Positions 9,140 to 19,532 of a stretch of 64,000 bases of DNA are shown piece after piece. The stretch lies in assembly GCA_965209055.1 (NCBI GenBank), contig OZ242374.1, forward strand, positions 5,760,001 to 5,824,000, given 5' to 3'. The notes beneath the pieces are model-generated. The model ran no database searches. It saw only the letters and a list, made by a program, of their open reading frames with translations, and had not been told where the DNA came from. Within the stretch, counting starts at the first letter, position 1. Each line of letters opens with the position of its first letter. The translations under genes were made by a program, and so were the position numbers. Source of the DNA: Acidobacteriota bacterium. Its GTDB lineage: Bacteria > Acidobacteriota > UBA6911 > RPQK01 > JAJDTT01.

Positions 9140-10465
9140 ATGGTGAAGCCGATCGAGCGAAGGAGTTTCCTGAAGAGTTCCGCCGGTGTGGTGGCTACGG
9201 CCGCCGTGGGCACCGGTTCCGCCGCCGGCCTCCTGTCCCGGGCCGATGCCAACGACACCATCCGGGCGGGAGTGGTGGGACTCCGAGGACGGGGCAGGTC
9301 TCACATCAAGGGTTTCGCCGGATTGCCGAAGGTGGAAGTCGCGGCGTTGTGCGACGTGGACGAAAACATCATGGCCGAGCGTGCCTCCGACCTGGAAGAG
9401 CTGACGGGGCGGAAGGCCCGGACCTACACCGACATGCGCCGCTTGCTGGAGGCCAAGGACATCGACGTGGTGGGATTCGCCACGCCCAACCACTGGCACG
9501 CCTTGGGCGGGATCTGGGCCTGCCAGGCGGGCAAGGACGCGTACGTGGAGAAACCCTGCTCCCACAACATCTGGGAAGGCCGAAAGCTGGTGGAAGCGGC
9601 CCGCCGTTATGGCCGGATCGTCCAGCACGGCACCCAGTCCCGGTCCAGCGCCGGTGTTCGCGAGGGAATCCGGAAGCTCCGGGAAGGGGTGATCGGGGAC
9701 GTCTACATGGCCAAGGGACTCTGCTACAAGTGGAGGAACACCATCGGCCACACCCCGGAAGAGCCGGTTCCGGGCGGCGTCCACTACGACCTGTGGCTGG
9801 GTCCCGCGCCCCAACGCTCCTACAGCCGCAACCGGTTTCACTACAACTGGCACTGGCACTGGGACTACGGCAACGGCGACATCGGGAACCAGGGCGTGCA
9901 CGAGATGGACATGGCGCGTTGGGGGCTGGGAGTCGGCTTGCCCACCCGGGTCCAGTCATCCGGCGGCCACTACATGTTCGACGACGACCAGGAGACGCCA
10001 AACTGCCAGTTGGCCACTTTCGAGTACCCGGACCAGAAGAAGCAACTGGTCTTCGAGGTGCGCCACTGGATCACCAATCATGAAGCCGGCCTGGGCAAAG
10101 GCGAGTCCAACGAGGTGGGGGTCCTCTTCTTCGGCTCCGAGGGCTACATGGTCATGCAGGGCGGCAAGGGTTACCGCACCTACCTGGGACGGAAACGGGA
10201 GCCGGGAGCGACCCGCATGGAAGGGGGCAACAACTTCGCCAATTTCATCGAGGCCGTCCGCTCCCGCCGGACGGAGGACCTCAACGCCGAGATCGAAGAG
10301 GGCCACCTCTCTTCGGCGCTCTGTCACCTGGCGAACATGGCCTATCGCACCGGCCGGACGCTGGATTTCGATCCGGAGACCGAGACGGTCCGGGGCGACG
10401 GCGAGGCCAGCACCCTGCTGACGCGCGATTACCGAGCCCCCTTCGTGGTCCCCGAAGTGGTCTGA
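9140..10465 (+). CDS. Gfo/Idh/MocA family oxidoreductase with Tat signal
   Basis: ERRSFLK twin-arginine motif; GVVGLRGRG, ATPNHWH, YVEKP, GNQGVHEMD. Confidence 0.9.
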   Translation: MVKPIERRSFLKSSAGVVATAAVGTGSAAGLLSRADANDTIRAGVVGLRGRGRSHIKGFAGLPKVEVAALCDVDENIMAERASDLEELTGRKARTYTDMRRLLEAKDIDVVGFATPNHWHALGGIWACQAGKDAYVEKPCSHNIWEGRKLVEAARRYGRIVQHGTQSRSSAGVREGIRKLREGVIGDVYMAKGLCYKWRNTIGHTPEEPVPGGVHYDLWLGPAPQRSYSRNRFHYNWHWHWDYGNGDIGNQGVHEMDMARWGLGVGLPTRVQSSGGHYMFDDDQETPNCQLATFEYPDQKKQLVFEVRHWITNHEAGLGKGESNEVGVLFFGSEGYMVMQGGKGYRTYLGRKREPGATRMEGGNNFANFIEAVRSRRTEDLNAEIEEGHLSSALCHLANMAYRTGRTLDFDPETETVRGDGEASTLLTRDYRAPFVVPEVV

Positions 10466-10514
10466 GTCCCCCGGAATGGAAGCGGGTCCGCCGGAGGCCG
10501 GTGGACCCTGTCGT

Positions 10515-10590
10515 GGGCGGTTAGCTCAGCTGGGAGAGCACCTCCCTTACAAGGAGGAGGCCGGCAGTTCGAACCTGCCACCGCCCACCA
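10515..10590 (+). tRNA. tRNA-Val (anticodon TAC)
   Basis: 76 nt; acceptor GGGCGGT/ACCGCCC, D-arm AGCTCAGCTGGGAGAGC, anticodon stem CCTCC-CTTACAA-GGAGG, T-loop GTTCGAAC, encoded CCA end. Confidence 0.97.
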
Positions 10591-10602
10591 GCCCCCCGCC
10601 GT

Positions 10603-11431
10603 TCACGATTCCGCAGACTTCCGGTTCAACTCCTTCGATCGGGCCGTCGCCGCCGCCACCGCGCTCATGAGCGCGGCCCGCAGGCCCCGGTCTTCCAGCT
10701 CCCTCAATGCCGCCGCGGTGGTGCCCCCGGGAGTCGTCACCCGATCCCTGAGCACCGCCGGATGCTCGCCGCTTTCCTGCACCTGCATGGCCGCCCCCAA
10801 CACGGTCTGGGCGGCCAGCTTCATGGCCACCTCCCGGGGGAGGCCCATGTGGACCCCGCCGTCGCAGAGGGCTTCGATGACGGTGTAGACGTAGGCCGGA
10901 CCGCTGCCGCTGAGTCCGGTGACGGCGTCCAGGAGCTTCTCCTCCACCCGGACCACATTTCCCACCGCCCTGAAGAGGGTCTCGGCGACCTGGTAGTGCT
11001 CTTCGGCCGCCGGATCGCAACCGGCGATGGCGCTGGCCGCGGCATCCACGGTGGCAGCGATGTTCGGCATGACCCGGATAACCGGGTTGTTCTTCCCCAG
11101 TAGGTCTCGAATGCGGCTGCTCTCGACCCCGGCCAGGATCGAGATGACGAGTTGACCGGGCCGCACGGAACCGCGAATGCCGGCCGCCACCTGGGGAAGG
11201 ATCTGAGGCTTGACCGCCAGCATGATGACGTCGGCTCCGGCGACATGGGGCCCCGGGTCGACGTCGACATTCACGCCATGGCGCGACCGGAGCGTTTCCA
11301 GAAGGCCGGGCAGGATGTCGATCACGGTGACCCTGCGGGCCGGCGCCAGTCCGGACTGGATGATCCCCCGGAGCAGAGCCGCTCCCATGTTTCCGTCCGC
11401 CACCGATCAGTAGAACGCTTTTTTCCTGCAT
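10603..11431 (-). pseudogene. proC: Pyrroline-5-carboxylate reductase, frameshifted near the N-terminus (real pseudogene or assembly error)
   Basis: MQEKSVLLIGG (from 11431) and GNMGAALL...LAVKPQ...RVMPN...SGSGPAY...TPGGTT lie in different frames because of a CGGA tandem duplication at 11392-11399. Confidence 0.85.
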
Positions 11432-11544
11432 GGGAATCTTTGCCTTCGGAGGATATCATGAGCGACTCACGGAGATTCCGGATCCCCGGAGGCGGGGCAT
11501 CACGTCGCCGTAGTAAACTGGGCCGGACAACCGCGGAACGAGCG

Positions 11545-12609
11545 ATGGAGAATCGATACGAACGCTGGGCCAAAATCTCCCTGAGCGGGGACCTCTTCCC
11601 CCGGGTAGAGGCCATGGAGGTCCTGACCGATCCCGCCGTCGACATCCTCCGCCTGGCGGCGGCTGCCGGCGACGTGCGGATGGCCCGCTTCGGGCGCAAG
11701 GTGAAGGTCCACCAGATCAACAACATCAAGAATGGCCTCTGCCCCGAGGACTGCGGCTACTGCGCCCAGTCCAAGATCTCCCAGGCCCCGCTGCGCAAGT
11801 ACGCCATGAAGGACGAGGAATCCATCGTCCAGGAGGCCCGGGAGGCCAAGGAGCAAGGGGTCTACCGGTACTGCATGGTGGCCAGCGGCCGCGGACCCAC
11901 TCCCCAGGAGGCGGCCAAGCTCGCCCGGATCATCCGCCGCATCGACCAGGAGGTGGGGATCCGGACCTGCCTCTCGGCGGGCCTGGTGGACTTCGAGAAG
12001 GCCAGCCTGTTCAAGCGGGCCGGCCTGGATCGGCTCAACCACAATCTGAACACCAGCCGCCGCCACACCGGCAGCATCGTGGGCACCCACACCTACCAGG
12101 ACCGGATCGCCACCCTGGAAGCGGCCAGCCGAGCCGGCCTGGAGAGCTGCAGCGGCATGATCACCGGAATGGGCGAGACGGACGAGGACATCCTGGACGT
12201 GGCGTACGAGCTCCGTTCGCTGGAGGTCCCCTCCATCCCGGTCAATTTCCTGATCCCCATCGAGGGCAACCCGGTGTACGACTTCGATCAACTCTCGCCG
12301 CGCCGCTGCCTCCGGATTCTGTGCGCCTTCCGGTTCATCAATCCCCGGGCGGAGATCCGGGTCGCTGCCGGTCGGGAGGGGCACCTCCGCCAACTGCAGG
12401 TCCTCTCCCTCTATCCGGCGAACTCCCTCTTTGTGGACGGTTACCTGGCCACCCGCGGCGACCCCAAACAGCCGGTCTACCGCATGATTCGCGACGCCGG
12501 TTTCGAAATCGAAGGGGAACCGCCTTCCGGCAGTCCCCGGACCTCGGGTCAGAATTACGCCATCGACGACAATCCCAGCATCCTGAATCCCAAGACGGCG
12601 CGTGTGTAG
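11545..12609 (+). CDS. bioB: Biotin synthase (radical SAM)
   Basis: CPEDCGYCAQS, YCMVASGR, LNHNLNTS, CSGMITGMGE, SIPVNFL, EIRVAAGRE, YPANSLF. Confidence 0.95.
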   Translation: MENRYERWAKISLSGDLFPRVEAMEVLTDPAVDILRLAAAAGDVRMARFGRKVKVHQINNIKNGLCPEDCGYCAQSKISQAPLRKYAMKDEESIVQEAREAKEQGVYRYCMVASGRGPTPQEAAKLARIIRRIDQEVGIRTCLSAGLVDFEKASLFKRAGLDRLNHNLNTSRRHTGSIVGTHTYQDRIATLEAASRAGLESCSGMITGMGETDEDILDVAYELRSLEVPSIPVNFLIPIEGNPVYDFDQLSPRRCLRILCAFRFINPRAEIRVAAGREGHLRQLQVLSLYPANSLFVDGYLATRGDPKQPVYRMIRDAGFEIEGEPPSGSPRTSGQNYAIDDNPSILNPKTARV

Positions 12610-12637
12610 TGGCAAGATGAGGAGGGAGGAACCGGAA

Positions 12638-13573
12638 ATGAACTCCCGATCCGGCCCGCCGCCTCTCCAAAAGGGCATCATCTCCGTCATCCAGACCCCC
12701 TTCGATTCCCAGGGCGCCGTAGACCAGGCCTCCCTGGACAACCTGGTGGAGGACGCCATCGCCGGAGGGGTAAACGGTTTCCTGGTACCGGCGGTGGCCA
12801 GCGAGGTCGCCTGCCTCACCGCCGATGAGCGCGCCGGCATCGTCCGGCGCGTCGCCGGGATCGTGGCCGGGCGTGTCCCCATCATCGTGGGAGCCTCCGA
12901 CTCCCGGCCTCGCGTCTGCATCGAGCAGGCAAAACTGGCCCGGGAGGTCGGGGCTGCCGCGTACCTGGTGGCGGTGCCCACCGAGCTGTACCAGGAACCG
13001 GAACGGGTGGAGCCGTTCTTTCGGGAGGTGGTCGAGGGCGCCGGGGACTTCCCGTTGATGCTGCAGGACCTGGATTTCACCGGTCCGGGCCTGACTCCCG
13101 AAATGATCCGCCGGCTCACGCAGGTGCTTCCCAGCTTGTCCTCGCTCAAGATCGAGTCGAATCCGGCCGGACCCAAGTACACGGCCATCCGGGAAATCTG
13201 CGGAGGCGGGATGTTCCTGGCCGGAGGTTGGGCCATCGCCCAGATGATCGAAGCGCTGGATCGGGGCGTGGACGCCATGATTCCCGAATGCTCCATGGTG
13301 CGGGTCTGGTCGGCCGTCGACCGCTGTTACCGCAGCGGCCGCCGCGAGGAAGCGATCCGACTCTTCAATCGCGTCCAGCCTGTGGTGGGGTTTACGCACC
13401 AGGACCTGTCGGTGGCCATCGCTTTCGGAAAACGGCTGCTGGTGCGGAGAGGCATTTTCGCCACGGAGTACACGCGGTTCGGAGATTTCCGGTGGGACCG
13501 GTACAACGGCCGTGTCGCCGGCGAGCTCATCGATTACTACTTGGAGTTGGAGGCGTCCGTCTCCGCTGCTTGA
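12638..13573 (+). CDS. Dihydrodipicolinate synthase-family class I aldolase/lyase (not canonical DapA)
   Basis: GIISVIQTPF, PAVASE, LTADER, Schiff-base LKIES; GGAGG RBS. Confidence 0.8.
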   Translation: MNSRSGPPPLQKGIISVIQTPFDSQGAVDQASLDNLVEDAIAGGVNGFLVPAVASEVACLTADERAGIVRRVAGIVAGRVPIIVGASDSRPRVCIEQAKLAREVGAAAYLVAVPTELYQEPERVEPFFREVVEGAGDFPLMLQDLDFTGPGLTPEMIRRLTQVLPSLSSLKIESNPAGPKYTAIREICGGGMFLAGGWAIAQMIEALDRGVDAMIPECSMVRVWSAVDRCYRSGRREEAIRLFNRVQPVVGFTHQDLSVAIAFGKRLLVRRGIFATEYTRFGDFRWDRYNGRVAGELIDYYLELEASVSAA

Positions 13574-13593
13574 GCCCGGGAAAGGAGAGCCTG

Positions 13594-15966
13594 ATGCAAG
13601 AATCCTGGATCGCGCGTAGTGGAGACAGCCGGGTCCTGATTCCGCTCGGACTGTTTCTGGCAATCGCGGTGCTGAGTGCCGGCCGCGCAGAGGCTTCCAC
13701 TGCCCCCCCGAACTGCGCCATCGTCCTGGGATCCGAGGCGCCGGAATTGGAGCGCTACGCCGCCCGCGAGCTGCGCCGCTACCTGGGCGACTTGTACGGC
13801 ATCCAGGCGTTTCCACGTGCGGCGATTTCCCCTCAGGCCGACGTCAACCTGATTCTGGGAAGCCCGGGGACGAACCGGGCCGTCTCCCTGGTGATGGGCG
13901 AGGCGGGATGGCCCCGGGTCAGCGACCAGGGACTGGTCCTGAAGACCGTCTCCTGGAACGGCAAACCGGCGGTGATCGTGGGGGGAGGCAGCCCGGCGGC
14001 GACGCTTTGGGCCGTTTACGACTTCCTGGAACAGTTGGGGGTCCGTTTTCTGCTGGAAAAGGACGTGCTTCCCGCCCGTCCAGCCCCGTTCCCGCCCCCA
14101 AGCCTGGACAAGGTCCAGGAGCCCCGCTTCCGGTTCCGCTCCTACCGGGCCATCAACAACCTGGCCACGTCGCTCATCTTCTACGGAATGGACGACTACC
14201 GGCACCTCATCGATCAACTGGCCAAGTTGAAGTTCAATGTCCTGTACTGCCAGATCTATCCCCATCAGCCCTTCGTCCATTTTCAGTTCCGGGACCAGCC
14301 CAAGACGACGGGTGTGTTCCATTACGGATGGAAGGTGCCGATTCACGGAGAGACCATCGGGCGCGAGCTCTTCGGCGGCCGAACCGAGTTGGTGAACCCC
14401 GACATGGCCGGGGCCGAGACCTACCAGGAACGGGTTCGCGCCGCCCAGAAGCTGCTGCACGACCTGCTGGCCTACGCCAAGAGCCGGGGGATGCAGACCG
14501 GCATCAACTTCCGGATCAACCAGTTCACCAACGAGTTCAACTGGCGGCTCCCCGAATGGTCCGACCGGGAGTATGTCCCGCGGGAGTTGATGGAGGGCAC
14601 GCACAACGGACGGCTGGGCATCTCCGAATACGGCGTGGACCCCACGGCCTTCCCCTACATGACTCCGGACAATCCAGCGGTCACCGGTCTGAACAAGGCC
14701 ATCATCCAGGCCCACATCAACACCTATCCGGAGGCGGATTTCTACGGCCTGACCCAGCCCGAAAATCCGGGAGGCGGCGAGTACTACAAGACCATGTGGA
14801 AGCGCCTGGACCGCAAGTACAAGCTGGAACCGCGGTTCAGCCTGGAAAAGATGGAGGAATCGGCCCGAACCAATATCCTGCCGGTGGGGGTCCGCGCACC
14901 AGGCCGTCCACTTTATGAACTCAAGGGAGCCATCGCCAACGCCGATACATTGGACAAGCTGCTCAACGAGGAGCGGATCCTGGAAGGGACCGCCAATCCG
15001 GACGCCACCGTCGTGGTCGCCACCTTCAGCGACGAGTTCTACCCGGTCATGCTCAAGATCTTTCCGGAAAGGTCGATGCTCCTGGTCCGGATGGACTACC
15101 TGACCTCGCTGGCGGCCCGCCGCGCGGAGATGCTTTCCTTTGCCAGCGAGCATCCGGGGCAGGTGGCCACCCTGGCCACCCTGGCGGACGACAACGTGGG
15201 CATCCTGCCCCAGCTCCCCACGCAGCCGCTTCATCGCATCCTTCAGGCCATGGAGCGCTATGGCGTGCACGGATTCTTCGGCCGCCAGTTCCTGGTGACC
15301 AAGCTGGAAGCGGGAACGGCCTATCTGGCCCAGGCGTCCTGGTCCTCCGAGGCGACTCCCGAGTCGGTCTATCGGGACCAGGTGGAACAGGTCTGCGGCT
15401 CCGAAGCCGTCCCCGAGATGCTGGAGTTCTACCGGATCCTGGAACGGGCCACGGCCCGGGGAGACGAGATCGCCATGGGATTCCTCTTTCCGGTCACCCG
15501 GATGATGCGAAAGCACTGGCACAGCCAGAAAGGTCCGGTGCCGGAATGGAACGAATTGAAGGCCTACTACGTGGAGACCATCCCCCTGCTCGAGTCCGCT
15601 CTGACGAAGACTCGGCCCGAGGGACGGAGCTACCTGGAGCAGCTTCTGGGGCAGGTGCGTTTCGGTGTCGACTACATCGAAGCCGTGCAGACGGTTCGCC
15701 GAGCCCGGGTCGAGTACGACCTCTCCCAACAGGCCTTCGTCCAGAAAGACGCCCGCAGCTTCGAGAAGCGGATCCGGGGAGCCCACGGGCAACTGGAAAA
15801 GGCGGTGGATCTCCTGGGTTCGGGCATCCACTCCTGGGCCGGCGCCGTCCGCGATCCTTCGGATCTGGGGGCCCTGGGTGTCCTCAACTACTTCTGCCGC
15901 GACTACCTCAAGGGGGTCGCCCTGGACGTCTACCTGGAAGCGGAGAACTGGAGAATGCGGTTCTAA
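13594..15966 (+). CDS. Large secreted protein with GH20/GH67-type N-terminal domain; probable glycoside hydrolase
   Basis: AAGGAG RBS, signal peptide, ERYAARELRRYL, GGSPAATLWAVYDFLEQLGVRF, EPRFRFR, IDQLAKLKFN. Confidence 0.65.
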   Translation: MQESWIARSGDSRVLIPLGLFLAIAVLSAGRAEASTAPPNCAIVLGSEAPELERYAARELRRYLGDLYGIQAFPRAAISPQADVNLILGSPGTNRAVSLVMGEAGWPRVSDQGLVLKTVSWNGKPAVIVGGGSPAATLWAVYDFLEQLGVRFLLEKDVLPARPAPFPPPSLDKVQEPRFRFRSYRAINNLATSLIFYGMDDYRHLIDQLAKLKFNVLYCQIYPHQPFVHFQFRDQPKTTGVFHYGWKVPIHGETIGRELFGGRTELVNPDMAGAETYQERVRAAQKLLHDLLAYAKSRGMQTGINFRINQFTNEFNWRLPEWSDREYVPRELMEGTHNGRLGISEYGVDPTAFPYMTPDNPAVTGLNKAIIQAHINTYPEADFYGLTQPENPGGGEYYKTMWKRLDRKYKLEPRFSLEKMEESARTNILPVGVRAPGRPLYELKGAIANADTLDKLLNEERILEGTANPDATVVVATFSDEFYPVMLKIFPERSMLLVRMDYLTSLAARRAEMLSFASEHPGQVATLATLADDNVGILPQLPTQPLHRILQAMERYGVHGFFGRQFLVTKLEAGTAYLAQASWSSEATPESVYRDQVEQVCGSEAVPEMLEFYRILERATARGDEIAMGFLFPVTRMMRKHWHSQKGPVPEWNELKAYYVETIPLLESALTKTRPEGRSYLEQLLGQVRFGVDYIEAVQTVRRARVEYDLSQQAFVQKDARSFEKRIRGAHGQLEKAVDLLGSGIHSWAGAVRDPSDLGALGVLNYFCRDYLKGVALDVYLEAENWRMRF

Positions 15967-15981
15967 CGGGATAACGAATCA

Positions 15982-17040
15982 ATGGAATCAAGAGTCTTTT
16001 CGGCCGACGAGTTGAGGGATCTGGCCCGGCGTATCTTCGCCGCCGCCGGCAGCAGCGATGGGGAGGCGGTCACAATCGCCACCCGCCTGGTGAAGAGCAA
16101 CCTGGTGGGGCACGACTCCCACGGGGTCATCCGGATTCCGCGCTATTGGGAGTGGATCAGGAAGGGCCTGGTCCTGCCCAACCGGAAAGTGACGTTCGTC
16201 CTGGACCGGGGTCCCGTCGCCGTGCTGGACGGAAACAGCGGTTTCGGGCAGTCGACGGGAGAGCAGACCATGGAGATCGCCATCGACCGGGCCCGGCGCC
16301 ACGGTTGCAGCATGGTGGGACTCCGGAACACGGGACACCTGGGCCGGATCGGCGATTGGCCGGAGATGGCGACTGCCGCGGGAATGCTCAGCCTGCACTT
16401 CGTGAACACCAGCGGAATGGGCAACCTGGTGGCGCCCTACGGCGGCAAGGACCGGCGCCTCTCCGCCAATCCCATCGCCTGCGGCGTGCCTCAGCGGGAG
16501 GGCCCTCCCCTCATCATGGACATGTCCGCCTGCATGATCGCCGAGGGGAAGGTCCGGGTGGCCCTCCACAAGGGCGTGCAAGTCCCCGACGGATGCCTCA
16601 TCGACTCGGAGGGCCTTCCCACCACCGATCCGGAACTCTTCTACCGGCATCCTCCCGGTTCCATACTCCCCATCGCGGGACACAAGGGCTACGTCCTGAG
16701 CTTCATGATCGAAATACTGGCGGGAGCCCTCACCGGAGGATCGTGCACCAATCCCGCCAACGCCCACAAACTGGCCAACGGAATGTTCACCATCGTCATC
16801 GACCGGAGCTGGTTCGCAGACCGTGACGAGTTCTTCGACGAGGTCGACCGGTACGTCCACTACGTGAAGAGCTCCCGGACCATCGATCCCGACGGCGAGA
16901 TCCTGGTCCCCGGCGAGTTGGAGGTGCGCACTTCGAAGACGCGAACGCGGGAGGGAATTCCTCTGGCCGGCACCACCATCGGGCAGATCCTCCAGGTCTG
17001 CGAAGAGCTGAACATCGACTCGGGGTGGCAGGCCGGCTGA
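15982..17040 (+). CDS. Ldh_2 family (malate/L-lactate/ureidoglycolate-type) dehydrogenase, YbiC-like
   Basis: GHDSHG, DGNSGFGQ, GHLGRIG, SANPIA, GHKGY, ILVPGE. Confidence 0.88.
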   Translation: MESRVFSADELRDLARRIFAAAGSSDGEAVTIATRLVKSNLVGHDSHGVIRIPRYWEWIRKGLVLPNRKVTFVLDRGPVAVLDGNSGFGQSTGEQTMEIAIDRARRHGCSMVGLRNTGHLGRIGDWPEMATAAGMLSLHFVNTSGMGNLVAPYGGKDRRLSANPIACGVPQREGPPLIMDMSACMIAEGKVRVALHKGVQVPDGCLIDSEGLPTTDPELFYRHPPGSILPIAGHKGYVLSFMIEILAGALTGGSCTNPANAHKLANGMFTIVIDRSWFADRDEFFDEVDRYVHYVKSSRTIDPDGEILVPGELEVRTSKTRTREGIPLAGTTIGQILQVCEELNIDSGWQAG

Positions 17041-17079
17041 CCGGACCGGCTCCTTCCCGTCCTCTCCGGCAGATGCGCC

Positions 17080-18006
17080 ATGGGCCTGATGGATTGGATC
17101 AAGGCAGCCGACTATGGCGTGGCCCTGCCCACCATCTCGAAGCTGCCGCGTGCGCTGGCCTACGGCCTGGCCGATCTCCGGGGAAGATTGCTCGCCTGCG
17201 CGCTCCGCGACTCTTTCGCCTGGGCCTCGCGAAACGTCGAGTCCACATTTCCCCATCGCAGCGCGGCTGAGCGCCGAAGGATCGTCATCGGCCACTACCA
17301 GGCCGAGTCCCGCAACGAGATGGAGGCGTTCTGGTACCCGAAGCCCTTGGACCATCTCCAATCCTTCGTCCGGTGCACCGGTCTGGACACCCTGCGGGAA
17401 GCCGCCGCCGCCGGAGACGGCGTCCTCCTCTTTTCCGGCCACATGGGGAGCACCGGGCTCTTCTTCGTCTTCACCGGCAAGAGCGGAGTCCCCATGAACA
17501 TCGTCGGACGGTCCATCGAACCGGAGGACAACCCGCTGCATCCGGCGGTTCTCCGTTACAACCGGAAACGGGTCCGCTGGATCGAAACGGCCATCGGACA
17601 CCCCTTTCTCATGACCGGACGCGGCAACTACTCCAGGCTCGTGGAGAAGCTTCGGTCCGGAGAGGTCGTCATGATGCTGGCCGATGTGGCGCCCACACTG
17701 GTGAACCCGAAACACACGACGGAGGTGAGGTTCTTCGGCCGGCGCGCCTGGTTCCCCAACGGCATCGCCAGCCTCTTCTTCACCACCGGATCCCGTCTTC
17801 TCCACTGGAGGATCCACAGAAACCAGGAGACGGGCCACCAGGAGATCGAGATCTCGGAGGTGACGGACTCCTTCCGCTCCGCCGCCGGCAGAGCGGAATT
17901 CATGCAGAAGCTGGTGGGACTGCTGGAGCAGGATATCCGCAGTTACCCCGATCATTGGTTGAGTTGGGACTCGCTGGAACACTACTTCCGGCAACCGGAA
18001 GGGTAG
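17080..18006 (+). CDS. Lysophospholipid / lipid A acyltransferase family protein
   Basis: GLDTL...GVLLFSGHMG, LRSGEVVMMLAD, VRFFGR, IRSYPDHW. Confidence 0.75.
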   Translation: MGLMDWIKAADYGVALPTISKLPRALAYGLADLRGRLLACALRDSFAWASRNVESTFPHRSAAERRRIVIGHYQAESRNEMEAFWYPKPLDHLQSFVRCTGLDTLREAAAAGDGVLLFSGHMGSTGLFFVFTGKSGVPMNIVGRSIEPEDNPLHPAVLRYNRKRVRWIETAIGHPFLMTGRGNYSRLVEKLRSGEVVMMLADVAPTLVNPKHTTEVRFFGRRAWFPNGIASLFFTTGSRLLHWRIHRNQETGHQEIEISEVTDSFRSAAGRAEFMQKLVGLLEQDIRSYPDHWLSWDSLEHYFRQPEG

Positions 18007-18024
18007 GAGGGATCCAACGGCGCC

Positions 18025-18456
18025 ATGACCCGATGGATGGCCTTGGACGTGGGTTCCAAGCGGTGCGGAGCCGCCATCACCGACCCCCTGAAATTGACGT
18101 CCCGTCCACTGCTCACGTTTGAACGGAAGAGCCTGGAGGAGGATGTGGCGAGGATCACCGGACTCCTGCGGGAATACCGCGTGGAGAGACTGATCGTGGG
18201 GCAACCCCGGCATCTGAGCGGCCGGCCCAGCTCCATCGCGCAAGCCGCCATCCCCCTGGTGACCCGGCTGCGCGGACTGGGGACGGTTCGGGTAGAGTGG
18301 ATGGACGAACGCCTGTCGACCAAGGAGGCCGAATCGGTCATGCGGGAACTGGGGATCCCGCCCCGCCAGAGGCGGCAGAAGAAGGACGAATTCTCGGCGG
18401 CGGTGATTCTGAAATGGTACCTGGAAGAGCGGGCCACTCCCGGATCGCGGGGATGA
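18025..18456 (+). CDS. yqgF: Holliday junction resolvase-like / pre-16S maturation nuclease (RuvX/YqgF)
   Basis: ALDVGSKRCG, IVGQP, DERLST, DEFSAAVIL. Confidence 0.92.
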   Translation: MTRWMALDVGSKRCGAAITDPLKLTSRPLLTFERKSLEEDVARITGLLREYRVERLIVGQPRHLSGRPSSIAQAAIPLVTRLRGLGTVRVEWMDERLSTKEAESVMRELGIPPRQRRQKKDEFSAAVILKWYLEERATPGSRG

Positions 18457-19451
18457 TCCGGCGACTGCTGATCGCGGCCCTGATTCTGGTTGCAATGGCC
18501 CGGGCCGGGTCCAACTGGTGGGACGCCCGCATCAGCGAACCCCATCTGGGGCGTACGACCGGGAGCCGGCTGCTGACCGTGCCCTTCGGAGCGTCGGTGA
18601 GAGGAATCGGCCGGATGCTCCAGGAAGCGGACGTCATTCGGTCCGGCCTCGTCTTTGCGGCCTATGTTCGGTGGAGTGGCGCCGACCCTCTCCAGGCGGG
18701 CGAATACCTTTTTGAGAATCCCGCCAGCCTGACCCAAGTGGTGCAGGTCCTGAGGGAGGGCCGGGTTCACCAGTATCGCATCACCATCCCCGAAGGATTG
18801 ACCCTGGACGAGATCATCGACCGTTTCGTCCAGGAAGGATTGGGACTGCGGCACGAGCTGGAGCCTCTCGCCGCCCGCATCGACCTGCTGGGCGGCCTGG
18901 ACCCCGAGGCCACGGACCTGGAGGGCTACCTGTTCCCCGACACCTACCACTTCACGCGTTCAGACCGGGAGTTGACCCTGGTCTCCACTCTGGTGACCCG
19001 CTTCAAGGAGGTGTGGACCCCCCAGCGGCAGAAGCGCGCCGACGACCTGGACCTCACCATCCGGGAGGTGATCACCCTGGCCTCTCTCATCGAGAAGGAG
19101 ACCGCGCTCCCTGCGGAGCGGGCTCTGGTTTCCGCCGTGTTTCACAACCGGCTTCGGCGGAACATCAAGCTGGACTGCGACCCGACGGTCATCTACGCCA
19201 TCCGGAAGAGCGGCGACTACGACGGAGTGCTTCACAAGAGCGACCTGAGCCTGGACTCTCCGTACAACACCTATCTCTACGCGGGACTCCCTCCCGGCCC
19301 CATCGCCAACCCCGGGACCGCATCCATCGACGCCGCCCTCCACCCGGCCCCGGTCAGGCACCTCTATTTCGTCTCCCGGAACGACGGCAGCCACGTCTTT
19401 TCCACCAGCTACCGGGCGCACCAGCGGGCCGTGCGCCGTTACCAGCGCTGA
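18453..19451 (+). CDS. mltG: Endolytic transglycosylase MltG
   Basis: LQAGEY, TIPEG, LEGYLFPDTY, ASLIEKE, DPTVIY, SPYNTY...GLPPGPIANPG; ATGA overlap with yqgF. Confidence 0.95.
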   Translation: MIRRLLIAALILVAMARAGSNWWDARISEPHLGRTTGSRLLTVPFGASVRGIGRMLQEADVIRSGLVFAAYVRWSGADPLQAGEYLFENPASLTQVVQVLREGRVHQYRITIPEGLTLDEIIDRFVQEGLGLRHELEPLAARIDLLGGLDPEATDLEGYLFPDTYHFTRSDRELTLVSTLVTRFKEVWTPQRQKRADDLDLTIREVITLASLIEKETALPAERALVSAVFHNRLRRNIKLDCDPTVIYAIRKSGDYDGVLHKSDLSLDSPYNTYLYAGLPPGPIANPGTASIDAALHPAPVRHLYFVSRNDGSHVFSTSYRAHQRAVRRYQR

Positions 19452-19532
19452 CACCCGGCCGGAAAACCACGACTCGCCCCCTCCAATCGGTTCAGCAGTT
19501 AGGTGCTTGCTGATAGACTGTCAACGAGTGGC

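Noticed and set aside
10515-10602. tRNA-Val as an integration site for an island or prophage
   Set aside because: No integrase is nearby and no duplicated tRNA 3' end was noticed; the flanking genes are housekeeping.
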